NCBI GenBank assembly: GCA_965221165.1
Contig: CBDCRP010000002.1
Location: forward strand, 480,001 to 544,000
Direction of reading: 5' to 3'
Length of the DNA stretch: 64,000 bases
Source of the DNA: a bacterium
GTDB lineage: Bacteria; UBA8248
Shown: in pieces, positions 41,514 through 51,892 of the stretch
Layout of the letters: every line of letters starts with the position of its first letter
Numbering within the stretch: position 1 is the first letter of the stretch
The notes under the pieces: generated by a model
Databases searched by the model: none
The model's input: the letters and a program-made list of their open reading frames with translations, nothing else
What the model was told of the DNA's origin: nothing
Made by a program: the position numbers and the translations under genes

Positions 41514-43298
41514 CTAGAGGGCCTCCTTGCGTTTCAGCGCTTCATCGACCAGGGCTGCCGGGTAGGACGCCCTGGCGTATTCGAGCGAAATTTTTCCGTC
41601 CGCGAGATCGATCGCCAATTCCTCCGGTGAATGCTCGGCCGGCTCGCCGTATCCACCGGCCCCGGCCGACTGGCACCTAAGCACCTCGCCCTCTCGCACA
41701 TCGTGGGGACCGCCCTTGCTCGGCAGCTTCGTTTCGTTCGCCTCCCCGGGATTTTTCAGATGAATTCCCAGGGCCCCCTCTTTCCCGCCGAAAAGGGGCC
41801 AGGGGGAAAAATCGTGCCGGTCGGCGTGGGCGATGAAGCCCGTGTCGCTGAGCATCCGGAAATCCTTGCGCGTGGCGAGTCCGCCCCGGCGGCGTCCCGC
41901 GCCGCCGCTGTCGGGCACGAGTTCGAAGCGCTCCACCCGGATGGGGTATTCACTCTCTAAAATCTCGACCGGCAGGTTCGGTATGTTGTTGGTGTGAATC
42001 TGGACGGCGTCCATGCCACTGCTCGTCTCGCGACCCCCCATGCCGCCGCCGATGCCGTCGATGCAGATGAAAGGCCTTTGCCGGATGGTATCGAAACCGT
42101 GGAGGTTGATGGAGGTGGTGCCGTGGCCGCAGGCGCACACGCGCTCGGGCGCCACCTTGGACATGACGCCGATGAGCAGGTCGGCCAGCCGCTGGCAGGT
42201 GGTGCCGCGCCCGCCCACGGGCGCGGGCGGGTTCGGGTTCACGATGCTCTCCTCGGGTGCAACAAGCCTCACCACGCGCTCGAAAGCCGCGTTCGACCAG
42301 AGTTCGGGGTCGATGGTCGCTTTGAGCGCGTAGGCGACGGTGGCGAACAACGCTTCGTAGACGACGTTTACGCCGCCCGTTCTTTGGTGGCTCGAACCCG
42401 TGAAGTCGAAAACCATGTGGGGCTCGGGGCGATGCGAGATGGTGAGCGTCACCTTCAGGGGAACCGGGCCAGGGACGTGGGCGTCGTCGTCGAGTTGATC
42501 CTCGAAATCCCATGTTCCTTCGGGCAGTTCCCTGATTTTCGAGCGAATCGTTCGCTCGTTGTAGTCGAGCACGCCCTCCACGAGTTCGAGAAAACGCTCG
42601 GCCCCGTATTTCTCGCTGAGTTCCTGGAGACGCCGGACGCCGAGCTGGTTGCACGCGGCCTGCGCGCGGAGGTCGGCCGGCCTGTCTTCTGAAAAGCGCA
42701 TGTTGAGGAGGATGAAGGAGAAGAGGTCTTCTTGCAGTTCGCCTTCTTTGAAGATTTTCATGGGCGGTATCCTCAAGCCCTCCTGGTATATCTCGTTGCA
42801 GCCCTCGGTCATCGCGGCGCCCGGCTTGATGCCGCCCACGTCGGGCCAGTGGCCCATGTTGGCGACGAAGCCGATGAGTCGTTTACCCTCGAACACCGGA
42901 GAGGCCACCGTGACGTCGGCGAGGTGGGTTCCGCCGCCGTGATAGGCGTCGTTCGCCAGAAAAGCGTCGCCGGGTTTGAGTTCCTCGAGCGGGTAGCGCT
43001 TCAAAATGTTGCGGATGATGCTCAGCATCGCGCCCAAATGCATGGGGATGTGCTCGGCCTGGGCGATGAGGCGGCCTTCGGCGTCGAATATGGCCGTCGA
43101 GGCGTCCTGGCGCTCCTTGATGTTCGTGGAATAGGCCGTGCGAATGAGCGCCGCGCCCATCTCCTCGGCCACCGAGAGCAGGGCGTTCGAGAATACCTCG
43201 AGCGCGACCGGATCGGGCACCGAGGAAGCGCGCCGCTTCATGGGTTTGCGGCGCGAGGCCGCTTTTTTCGAGATCGCTTTCAAACGTCCGGCTGGCAT
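41514..43298 (-). CDS. Hydantoinase B/5-oxoprolinase family subunit (second)
   Basis: RTAYSTNIKERQD, HIPMHLG, NDAYHGGGTHLAD, EGLRIPP; start uncertain. Confidence 0.92.
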   Translation of the reverse strand: MPAGRLKAISKKAASRRKPMKRRASSVPDPVALEVFSNALLSVAEEMGAALIRTAYSTNIKERQDASTAIFDAEGRLIAQAEHIPMHLGAMLSIIRNILKRYPLEELKPGDAFLANDAYHGGGTHLADVTVASPVFEGKRLIGFVANMGHWPDVGGIKPGAAMTEGCNEIYQEGLRIPPMKIFKEGELQEDLFSFILLNMRFSEDRPADLRAQAACNQLGVRRLQELSEKYGAERFLELVEGVLDYNERTIRSKIRELPEGTWDFEDQLDDDAHVPGPVPLKVTLTISHRPEPHMVFDFTGSSHQRTGGVNVVYEALFATVAYALKATIDPELWSNAAFERVVRLVAPEESIVNPNPPAPVGGRGTTCQRLADLLIGVMSKVAPERVCACGHGTTSINLHGFDTIRQRPFICIDGIGGGMGGRETSSGMDAVQIHTNNIPNLPVEILESEYPIRVERFELVPDSGGAGRRRGGLATRKDFRMLSDTGFIAHADRHDFSPWPLFGGKEGALGIHLKNPGEANETKLPSKGGPHDVREGEVLRCQSAGAGGYGEPAEHSPEELAIDLADGKISLEYARASYPAALVDEALKRKEAL

Positions 43299-43884
43299 GA
43301 AATTCTCTCTCCTTCACCTGGGTGGACTGGAAGGGCGAAAAGACGCGCTCCTCATCCGGCGACACGGGCTTTTCGATTTTTCGCTCAAACACGGCGTTTA
43401 GCGCGCGCGCGTTCACCGTCGAGACGCTTTGGAGGCGAACGAACCCAACTCACGGGACGCCCGGGTTTTTCGCTAAAACTTCAGGGGAAAACTCTCCGGG
43501 CGCGCTCCGCCTTTCCGGTGCGGCGTCGCGATGATACGGATATGACGGCTCGGGGTTTTCGAGAGGAAGTTTTACACGAGTTTCCGGCTTTTGAGCAAAG
43601 GGGTCGGGGGATCCGCGCAATCTATCCCCCCACGTTGATTTCAACTAGGATCCGTTCTTTGGTTTTTCTCCCGTCCGGTGAAAGAGAGCTGAGCAGATTG
43701 TTTACCGGCGGTTTTCCTAGAGTCTGGCTTGGATTGCGCGCCCATGGGGAATCGTGTTGTAATCTATTGGTCAATCACAATTCACTTCTTGATCTTTGCG
43801 GGGAATTTTCTACTGCTTCCGATGAAGGTATCGGGAGGCTTCCCCCGGAGAGGAATGCGCAACTGAACCGAATTTGGAGACGCC

Positions 43885-45147
43885 ATGGAAGATATTCCCT
43901 CCTGGGTCGACCAGGACGCCATGAACCTCGATGCGCGGCTGGATGAGCAGCACCGCTGGATAACCAGCCCGATGAACGCCCTGGCGATGCCGGATGCCGT
44001 GAACGCGCAGCCCCGACACATCGTCTTGCGTGACGACACGCTGCGCTCAGGCGCGAATACGCCCGGCGTTTATGCGAGCGTGGAGAAGAAGCTGCGGATT
44101 TCCGAACTGCTCGATGAGGCGGGCGTTCAGGAGGCCGAGGTGGGGTATGGCTCGCTGCCCGATGATCAGAAATTCGTTAGCGAACTCAAAAAACGCGGTT
44201 CCAAGATCATTTGCGGCATGCACGCGCGCTGCTGGCTCCCGAACTGGAAATCCGACATCGACGGCATCGCCGGTTGCGGGGCCGACATGGTGAATTTCGT
44301 GGGCATGCAGGGCTACACGATGACAGAAGCGCTCCACCCGACGCTCCGGGGCGAGTCGTTCCTTGTTCGCATGGAGGAGTGCATCGGCTATGCGAAGGAC
44401 AGGGGCCTCAAGGTGGGTTTCGGCACGGATCATCCACGCGCGGATATTATTCCCGAGACGATTCGCCGCGCCGTCGCCGCCGGCGTGGACAGGTGGGTCT
44501 GCTACGACCCGCGCGGGTGGTTCCTGCCGCAGACGATGGCGATGGTTGTTCACACCGTGCGGGCGGCGAGCGAGGACAAGATAGAGGTGTCCGTTCATGC
44601 GCATGACGATTTCGGCCTGGCCACGGCCATCACGTTCGAGGGCATCAGGGCGGGCGCCATGGCGTGTGACGTGTGCATCAACAGGACGGGGCATCGCTGC
44701 GGCAACGCGGGCTTCGAGCAGATAGCCGTGGGGCTGGAGTATTTCTTCGGGTATCGGACCGGAATCGACTTGAAGAAAATCACCGAGCTCAGCCGGCTCG
44801 TCTCTGAACTCTATGAGATTCCCGTCGCCGAGAACGCCCCGGTGGTGGGGCACAATATGTTCAGCTACGGCGGGCTCCACATTCCCGGCATTCTGCGCGG
44901 GGACTGGTTTTTGTGGGAGAACCTGCGCTCGGAGACCGTGGGCACCGGCAGGCACATCGTGTATGGACCCACTGCGCTTCAGAAAGGCTCCGACAGTCCC
45001 CTGGACGCCAAAGTAAATCAAATGGGCAAAAAGGCGGACGAGGCCCAGATGGACCGGATCATCTCGGGCGTTCGGGCGTTGATCGAAGAGAAGAGCTTGG
45101 CGACCGACGCGGAAGTCGAGCGGATTATCAGCCGCGTCATGGGGTAG
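43885..45147 (+). CDS. DRE-TIM metallolyase (homocitrate/isopropylmalate synthase-like) with divergent active-site motif
   Basis: DDTLRSGANTPG, HAHDDFGLA, GHRCGNA, PVVGHNMF. Confidence 0.8.
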   Translation: MEDIPSWVDQDAMNLDARLDEQHRWITSPMNALAMPDAVNAQPRHIVLRDDTLRSGANTPGVYASVEKKLRISELLDEAGVQEAEVGYGSLPDDQKFVSELKKRGSKIICGMHARCWLPNWKSDIDGIAGCGADMVNFVGMQGYTMTEALHPTLRGESFLVRMEECIGYAKDRGLKVGFGTDHPRADIIPETIRRAVAAGVDRWVCYDPRGWFLPQTMAMVVHTVRAASEDKIEVSVHAHDDFGLATAITFEGIRAGAMACDVCINRTGHRCGNAGFEQIAVGLEYFFGYRTGIDLKKITELSRLVSELYEIPVAENAPVVGHNMFSYGGLHIPGILRGDWFLWENLRSETVGTGRHIVYGPTALQKGSDSPLDAKVNQMGKKADEAQMDRIISGVRALIEEKSLATDAEVERIISRVMG

Positions 45148-45202
45148 CGACGATGGCGCGGCTGCTCTCATAGGCCGAGGGTAGGGCGAGAGGCGGAGTT
45201 TC

Positions 45203-46933
45203 ATGGCCGAAACAGTTGTTCAGAACCCAGGAGGGGCGCTCGAGCGCTATTTCCACGCGCCGCTCAGAAGGCTGCGCGCGGCGGGCGTCACGCCGTTCGA
45301 GGTCGTCACGATCGTTGTGATGACGGTGCTGGTTCTGTGGTTCGTCCTGGCTCCCGTTCTCAATCTGTTCTACGGCGCGTTCCAGTCCCAGCCTCCCGGG
45401 GAGGGAGGCGTGTGGACGCTCGAGCACTTCCGCGTCGTTTTCGGCAATCCGGGCTACTGGCGCACGGTGGGCAGAACCCTGCTGGTCGGTTTCGGCGTGG
45501 TCTTTCTGGCGACGATCATCGGCTCGCCCCTGGCCTGGCTGGTCGTGAAGACCGACATGCGCGGAAAGCGCTGGGTGGAGCTTTCGGCAATTCTTCCGTT
45601 TTTCACCAGCACCTTCGTCGGCGCGCTCGCCTGGATTTTGCTGGGAAACCCCACCAACGGGATGGTCAAGCTCTGGACGGGACTTCCCATCAACGTCTAC
45701 TCCGTCTGGGGGATCATCTGGGTCTCGGGCATATACATGGCGCCTTATATGTTTCTGTTCACTTCGGCGGCGCTCCGCTCCGTGGACACGACGTATGAGG
45801 AGGCCTCGTTCATGTCGGGGGCGGGCTTGTTCCGCACCCTGACGCGGGTGACGTTTCCGGTCATTCTTCCCGCCATCCTCTCAGGCATGACGCTCGTGTT
45901 CGTCATTACGATGGGGATCTTCGGCGTGGCGGCCATTTTGGGTTTTCCGGCGCGGATCGTGGTGCTGGCGACGGATATTTTCGCAAAATCGGTTTTCGCC
46001 CCGCCCCTGTACGGAGAGGCGACCGTCGCCGCCCTTACGCTGATGGCCATCACCGCCGTTTGCATCCTTTTGCAGCGGTGGATTCTCAGAAAAGGCTCCT
46101 ACGCCCTGGTGAGCGGGCGGGGATTTCGCCTCAAGCTCTACTCTCTCGGCCGCCTGACGCCCTTCGCCTATTTGTTCACGGCGCTCTACGCCCTGCTGGC
46201 CGTCATCCTGCCCGGGCTGGTTCTCATCAAGGTCAGCATGCAGCCCTACGCCACGCCCAAATTCGGGTTGTGGACACTGGAGAACTGGGAGGTCTTTTTC
46301 ACGAACCCCGATTTACTCGACTCCTTCATCCGCTCGATGTATCTCTCCACGGGCGGGGCGACCATCAGCGTGCTCATGACGGCCGTCATCGCCTACATCA
46401 TCCACAAGAGCAAGGCGCCCGGCCGCGGCATTCTCGAGCAGGTGAGCGTCATGCCTGTGGGAATTCCCGGAATCGTCATGGGCCTGGGGATGATATGGGC
46501 GTATATCCAGTGGCCGATTTGGGCGACCGTCTGGATTCTCGTCGTCGCGTACCTGACCCTGTTCATGCCCTACGGCGTCCGCGCCCTGGGGGCGAACGTG
46601 GTGCAGGTTCACGGAGAACTCGAGGAGAGCAGCCGGGTTCACGGGGGGAGTTGGTTCCTCACTTTCCGGAGAATCATCTTCCCCCTATTGCGCCCGGGCA
46701 TTTATTCCACCTGGATTTTGCTGTTCATTATTTTCCTGCGCGAAATATCCACGGCGGTTCTCCTGACCACGCATGAGACGCGCGTTCTGCCCGTTTTGAT
46801 CTTCGAGCAGTGGACGGACGGTGAGTTGAACATCATGTGCGCGGGCGCATTGCTTCTGACGGCGATCATGTTCGTCGTCATTTCCGTGTTCAAGTGGGTT
46901 TTCAAGGTGGATGTAACCCCCGTCTACCGATAG
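45203..46933 (+). CDS. Fe(III)/thiamine-type ABC transporter permease (FbpB-like, duplicated domain)
   Basis: Two EAA loops (YEEASFMSGA, LEESSRVHGG), about 12 TM. Confidence 0.9.
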   Translation: MAETVVQNPGGALERYFHAPLRRLRAAGVTPFEVVTIVVMTVLVLWFVLAPVLNLFYGAFQSQPPGEGGVWTLEHFRVVFGNPGYWRTVGRTLLVGFGVVFLATIIGSPLAWLVVKTDMRGKRWVELSAILPFFTSTFVGALAWILLGNPTNGMVKLWTGLPINVYSVWGIIWVSGIYMAPYMFLFTSAALRSVDTTYEEASFMSGAGLFRTLTRVTFPVILPAILSGMTLVFVITMGIFGVAAILGFPARIVVLATDIFAKSVFAPPLYGEATVAALTLMAITAVCILLQRWILRKGSYALVSGRGFRLKLYSLGRLTPFAYLFTALYALLAVILPGLVLIKVSMQPYATPKFGLWTLENWEVFFTNPDLLDSFIRSMYLSTGGATISVLMTAVIAYIIHKSKAPGRGILEQVSVMPVGIPGIVMGLGMIWAYIQWPIWATVWILVVAYLTLFMPYGVRALGANVVQVHGELEESSRVHGGSWFLTFRRIIFPLLRPGIYSTWILLFIIFLREISTAVLLTTHETRVLPVLIFEQWTDGELNIMCAGALLLTAIMFVVISVFKWVFKVDVTPVYR

Positions 46934-46948
46934 TGGAGGAGAGGTTCC

Positions 46949-48028
46949 TTGCCATCGCTGACCATCGAGAATCTATCGAAACACTTCGACGAAGTGCGTG
47001 CGGTGGATGACCTCGACCTGGAAGTCGAAGAAGGGGAGATGCTGACCCTCCTCGGCCCGAGCGGGTGCGGCAAAACGACGACGCTCCGGTGCATCGCGGG
47101 CCTCGAGCGGCCGACCGCCGGGCGCATCATTCTCGGCGAGGGTGTCGTCACCGATATCGATGGCGGCGTTTTCGTCCTGCCCGAAAAGCGCGAAATGGGC
47201 ATGGTTTTCCAATCCTACGCTGTTTGGCCGCACATGACGCTGTTCGAGAACGTCGCCTATCCGCTCCGGGCACGGGGCATGCCGCGTGGAGAGCTTTCCG
47301 GGAAAGTCATGAACGCGCTCAAACTCGTTCAGCTCGACGGCATGGAGCACCGCTACTCCACCCAGATAAGCGGCGGCCAGCAACAGCGCGTCGCCCTCGC
47401 GCGGAGTCTGGTTTCAGAACCCTCCCTGCTGTTGTTCGACGAACCCCTGAGCAACCTCGACGCGAATCTGCGCGTGCAGATGCGCCTCGAGATTCGGGAG
47501 CTGCAGGAGAGGCTGAATTTCACGGCCGTTTACGTCACCCACGATCAGACGGAGGCCATGGCGCTCTCGGATCGCATCGCCATCATGGATCACGGAGTAC
47601 TGCAGCAGATCGCCGACCCGCGTGAAATCTACAATCGGCCCCAGAACCGCTTCGTCGCCAGTTTCATGGGAACCACGAATCTTTTCGAGGGTGCGAAGAA
47701 GGGGGCGGGAGGCGAATCGCTCGTTCTCTCGGGTGAGGGAATCGAGATTTCCGTCGGCGATCAGCACATGCCGGATGAGGAGAAGGTATACGTCTCGATT
47801 CGGCCCGAGGCGCTCTCGTTGTCTGCTTCGCCGGATGGGGGCGATTCCCCGAATCAGTGGAAAGGCAGAGTGGTTCATTCTACTTTCCTGGGGGAGTCGA
47901 CCATATTTTCGGTCGAAGTTTCCGGAAAAGCGCTCGAGATACATGCAGAACCAACACAGGTGTTCGAAACGGGTCAGGAGGTAGTCGTCTCCGCGGAGCC
48001 GGAGCGATGCGTCGTCGTTGAATCGTAG
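46949..48028 (+). CDS. ABC transporter ATP-binding protein (FbpC/PotA-like)
   Basis: GPSGCGKT, ISGGQQQRV, LLLFDEP, TOBE-like C-terminus. Confidence 0.93.
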   Translation: MPSLTIENLSKHFDEVRAVDDLDLEVEEGEMLTLLGPSGCGKTTTLRCIAGLERPTAGRIILGEGVVTDIDGGVFVLPEKREMGMVFQSYAVWPHMTLFENVAYPLRARGMPRGELSGKVMNALKLVQLDGMEHRYSTQISGGQQQRVALARSLVSEPSLLLFDEPLSNLDANLRVQMRLEIRELQERLNFTAVYVTHDQTEAMALSDRIAIMDHGVLQQIADPREIYNRPQNRFVASFMGTTNLFEGAKKGAGGESLVLSGEGIEISVGDQHMPDEEKVYVSIRPEALSLSASPDGGDSPNQWKGRVVHSTFLGESTIFSVEVSGKALEIHAEPTQVFETGQEVVVSAEPERCVVVES

Positions 48029-48055
48029 CTGTCTTCTCAATCTCAAAGGAGGTGC

Positions 48056-49102
48056 ATGATGAAGAAGTGGACAATCCCTATCATTTGTCTGGGGCTATCG
48101 GTGGGCCTGGCGGCGAGCGCCGCGCACGGCGCCGACAAGGAAACGCTCAAAATGGCGGCCGGCACCAAAGGCGGGCAGGTCATCGTGTACAACATCATTT
48201 TCAAGCCCGCCCAGCGGAAACTGAACAAGGCGTTCAACAAGAAATTCGCCAAGTACGGGATCAAAGCGAAGATGATCCGGAGCCAATCCGGTAAAATCGC
48301 CAATCTCTACAAGCAGGAACTGAGGGCCGGGAAGGTGCGCATGGACGCCATCTCCACGGCCGATCCGGGAATGTTCCTGAGCTTCAACAGAAAAAACCAG
48401 CTCACCCGTTATTGCAGCCCGCACTACAAGGACTATCGAGACTGGGGCGTGGCAAAGGATTGCGGCTACTTCTACCACACCTCCTGGCTGCAATACATTT
48501 CCTACAACCCTGAACTCGTGAAGGGCGGCGACATTCCCAATAGCTGGCTCGATTTCCACAAGCCCAAGTGGAAGGGCAAGATCAGCTTCGGCGACCCGAA
48601 GATCGGCGGCGGGCACTACTACTTCGTGTTCACGATGTACAAGCTCTTCGGGCGCGACTGGTTCATCAAGACGCGCGACAACGGCGCCATGATGGTGCGC
48701 AGCCACGGCACTACGAACAACAAGGTGAAATCGGGCGAGCGCCACTTCGGCGTGAATCTCTCCATGCTCGTTCGCCGTGACGGCCCCTACCCGGGTGGTA
48801 AGGGCGCACCCATCAAAGAGGTGTTCCCCAAAGAAGGCGGCGCACTGCTCGTCGCTCCCATGGCGATCACCAAGGGCGGACCCAACCCCGCCGGCGCAAA
48901 AGTGCTGATCGAATGGCTCTCGAGCCTCGAGGGCCAGAAGGTGGTTTCCGACAAGGGCAAGTTTTCTCTGCGCAAGGATTTCACCAGCGTAGAGGGAGCC
49001 AAGCTCTCCGACTTCAAATACCACTGGTGGGACCCGAACGAGATGGACAAGATGCGGGACAAATGGACCAAGGACTCGCTGAAGATACTGACCGGCAACT
49101 AA
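48056..49102 (+). CDS. ABC transporter substrate-binding protein (AfuA/FbpA-like)
   Basis: Signal peptide, YNPELV, PNSWLDF..PKWKGKI, PNPAGAK..IEWLSS.EGQ. Confidence 0.88.
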   Translation: MMKKWTIPIICLGLSVGLAASAAHGADKETLKMAAGTKGGQVIVYNIIFKPAQRKLNKAFNKKFAKYGIKAKMIRSQSGKIANLYKQELRAGKVRMDAISTADPGMFLSFNRKNQLTRYCSPHYKDYRDWGVAKDCGYFYHTSWLQYISYNPELVKGGDIPNSWLDFHKPKWKGKISFGDPKIGGGHYYFVFTMYKLFGRDWFIKTRDNGAMMVRSHGTTNNKVKSGERHFGVNLSMLVRRDGPYPGGKGAPIKEVFPKEGGALLVAPMAITKGGPNPAGAKVLIEWLSSLEGQKVVSDKGKFSLRKDFTSVEGAKLSDFKYHWWDPNEMDKMRDKWTKDSLKILTGN

Positions 49103-49126
49103 TTTCACTTGATGGATGAAACGGCG

Positions 49127-49165
49127 CGCCGCGTCCGCTCAGATGCGGGCGCGGCGGCGTTTTTT
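49127..49165 (+). terminator. Intrinsic terminator after the SBP gene
   Basis: GC-rich stem CGCCGCGTCCGC/GCGGGCGCGGCG followed by T-run. Confidence 0.6.
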
Positions 49166-49184
49166 ATCGCACACAAGGGATACG

Positions 49185-50573
49185 ATGAATCGCTCGAAAC
49201 AACTTGCCGGATTCATGTCGGGGCTGTGCCTGGAGGATATGCCCAAGGAGATACCCGATTTTCTGAAGCTCTGCCTGCTGGATCACTTAGGCTGCGCGCT
49301 GGGGGCTCTGGGAACCGAGGAGGCGGGCGTTCACCTGCGCGCCGCCGAAGCGGCTTCGGGAAGCGGGCCCTGTACGATCATCGGCCGGGATTTCGGGGCC
49401 GACCCGGCCACCGCCGCTCTCACGAACGGCATTCTTGCCCACGTCCTGATTTTTGACGATCTGCATCGTAAATCCAAACTACATCCCGGCGTGGCCGTGA
49501 TCCCGGCGGCTCTGGCCGCCTGTGAGCTTGGGGGAGCGGACGGAAAAACATTTCTGGAAGCAATATCGGCAGGTTATGAAACGGCGGCGCGGGTGGGCAT
49601 GGCTGTCAACATGGCCGAGCATCGCCTGAAGGGATGGCGCGCCACGGGCACGTGCGGCTCTTTCGGGGCGGCGGCGGCCGCATCGCGCGCCATGAATCAT
49701 TCGCCCGAAACCCTGCACCACGCCATCGCAGCGGCGGCGGGGCAGGCTTCGGGTAATTTCGCCTTCACGCAAGGATCGGGCATGGAGCTTTACCTGGCGG
49801 CGGGAACGGCCGCCAGAAACGGCGTTGTCTCGGCACTTCTGGCTGGGGGAGGCTTCAGAGGCTCCTCCGATCCCATTGAAGCCGCCGATGGGGGCTTTTT
49901 CTCCATGACCACCAGGGACCCGAGACCCGAGATTCTGATTGACGGCTTGGGCGATCGGTATTGGCTCATGGACACCTCCATCAAACTCTACCCCACCTGC
50001 CACAGCAGCCAGACGGGCATCGACGCCGCACTCTTTGCCCGCCAAAAGCATGGCCTGAGGCTCGAGGACGTCGAGCGCACCTCGATTCGGGCCGGTGAGA
50101 TAACGAAAATCCAGTGCGGCTGGGATTACGAACCGGGTCCTCCCGCCAAGATGATCTTTCACATGGGATACGCCATGGCGGTTGCGCTGAAGCGGGGCAA
50201 GGTTTCGCCGTCTGATTTAGAGGGCGAATCCTTACACGATCCGGAACTGGTGCGATTCGCCAAAGCCACGCAGGTGGAGGCCGACCCGGAACTCACGGCG
50301 ATTTACCATGAGAAAAAACCGTGCGACGTGACGTTTCATCTCAAAGATGGCAGTCGACTTCACGAACGCGTCGAATACTGCCGGGGCGATCCGGAAAACA
50401 GGCCCACCGAGGAGGCGGTCGTCGAGAAATTCCGTGATCTTACAGCACCCGTGCTTGTACCGGGGAGTCAGGACGCCATCATCGATTTCGTGATGAATGT
50501 CGAGGAGCAGCCCGGTCTCTCGCGACTGAGGGAACTGACAACCCTAAAGGAAACCCAGGCGGTGGGAAGCTAA
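49185..50573 (+). CDS. MmgE/PrpD family protein
   Basis: DHLGCALG, DDLH…HPG, KLYPTCHSSQ, GDPENR. Confidence 0.9.
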   Translation: MNRSKQLAGFMSGLCLEDMPKEIPDFLKLCLLDHLGCALGALGTEEAGVHLRAAEAASGSGPCTIIGRDFGADPATAALTNGILAHVLIFDDLHRKSKLHPGVAVIPAALAACELGGADGKTFLEAISAGYETAARVGMAVNMAEHRLKGWRATGTCGSFGAAAAASRAMNHSPETLHHAIAAAAGQASGNFAFTQGSGMELYLAAGTAARNGVVSALLAGGGFRGSSDPIEAADGGFFSMTTRDPRPEILIDGLGDRYWLMDTSIKLYPTCHSSQTGIDAALFARQKHGLRLEDVERTSIRAGEITKIQCGWDYEPGPPAKMIFHMGYAMAVALKRGKVSPSDLEGESLHDPELVRFAKATQVEADPELTAIYHEKKPCDVTFHLKDGSRLHERVEYCRGDPENRPTEEAVVEKFRDLTAPVLVPGSQDAIIDFVMNVEEQPGLSRLRELTTLKETQAVGS

Positions 50574-50624
50574 AAAATTAAAAGAACGTAAAATCCGAGA
50601 GGTTCATATTTCGCCGTATAGGAG

Positions 50625-51536
50625 ATGCAAATGGCCATACGCCGCAACACCACCAAGTTTCGCGCCCTGCTGAGAAGGGGAAATTTCATCTTCATGCCCG
50701 TCGCCTACGATCCCATCGGGGGCAGGCTGGTGGAGAGCCTGGGCTTCAAGGCGACCTATACGGGTGGTTTCGTGACGGGTGGTTCACGCTGCATCACCGA
50801 GCCGATGGTGACGATGCGCGAGCAGGTGGACGTGGCCGGAGACGTCGCGAACGCGGTGAAAATACCCACTCTCGCAGACGGCGGGGCGGGCTTCGGCGAG
50901 CCGATGCACACCATGCGTGCCGTGCGGGAGTTCATTCGCGCGGGCGTGGCCGGGATTCATATCGAGGATCAGCTCTACCCCAAACGCGCGCACTACCATA
51001 AATACGTCGCGCACGCGATTCCGACCAGGGAATTCGTCGACAAGATCAAGATGGCGTGTCGCCAGCGAGACGAGACGGACAAGGATTTCGTCATCATCGC
51101 GCGCTCGGATACGGCTCGCTTCAGGGGCATCGCCGAGGCGGTCAGGCGCGTGAACATGGCCGCCGACGTGGGCGCGGATATGGGTCTCGTCTTTCCCCGG
51201 AACCACAAGGAAGCCCTCGCCGCTCCCCAAAAGTCCAAGATTCCCCTGGTCTACGTCCAAAGCCGGGGCAACCGGGACGGGAGGCCGCTCTACTCGGAAT
51301 CCCAGATGGCGGAGATGGGCTACGTCGCCTGCATCGACGCCATTTTATATCTCACCGCCAGTTTCCATTTCATGAAAAAGGCCTTACAGGAAGTGCACAA
51401 AACGGGCGATTACACGGGCATGACGCATGAGGAGTTCATGGCCGCCCGCCAGGATATAGAGGATTTGATCGGTCTCGAGGGCTTCTATGAGATTGAGGAA
51501 GAGACGGTGGAGAAGAAAAAATGGGGTAAACGCTAG
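50625..51536 (+). CDS. Isocitrate lyase/PEP mutase superfamily enzyme
   Basis: ADGGAGFG, GIHIEDQ, IIARSD; PKRAHY in place of PKRCGH. Confidence 0.88.
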   Translation: MQMAIRRNTTKFRALLRRGNFIFMPVAYDPIGGRLVESLGFKATYTGGFVTGGSRCITEPMVTMREQVDVAGDVANAVKIPTLADGGAGFGEPMHTMRAVREFIRAGVAGIHIEDQLYPKRAHYHKYVAHAIPTREFVDKIKMACRQRDETDKDFVIIARSDTARFRGIAEAVRRVNMAADVGADMGLVFPRNHKEALAAPQKSKIPLVYVQSRGNRDGRPLYSESQMAEMGYVACIDAILYLTASFHFMKKALQEVHKTGDYTGMTHEEFMAARQDIEDLIGLEGFYEIEEETVEKKKWGKR

Positions 51537-51572
51537 GGAGCGGTTTTTGAGGAAAAAGAGGAGCATTAGACC

Positions 51573-51830
51573 ATGAAGCGAAGCACCGAGAGAATACTCA
51601 CGACCCACACGGAGAGCCTGCCGCGTCCCCAGGAGGTGGTCGATTTGTTGCCGGCCTAGGAGGAAGGCGGCGCGCGTTCTGCTGATCTCGATGCCGCCGT
51701 GGCGCGCGCGATAGAAGACGTCGTGGAGAAACAGGCGGGGGGGGGTCGACGTCATCAACGACGGTGAGCAGGGTCAGCCCGATTACACCACCCACGTCAA
51801 GGACAGGCTGACGGGATACGAGGGGAGAAC
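51573..51830 (+). pseudogene. Cobalamin-independent methionine synthase II-family remnant
   Basis: MKRSTERILTTHTESLPRP then stop/frameshifts; DVINDGEQG…KDRLTGYEG. Confidence 0.75.
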
Positions 51831-51892
51831 CGGTTTGTGGTCGAACTCGCGATGGAGGCCCTGGACCGCAGGAAATACCCCCGTACGGAAAT

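Noticed and set aside
43300-43884. Small ORFs or ncRNA in the divergent intergenic region
   Set aside because: No convincing RBS, motif or conserved structure; probably promoter DNA.
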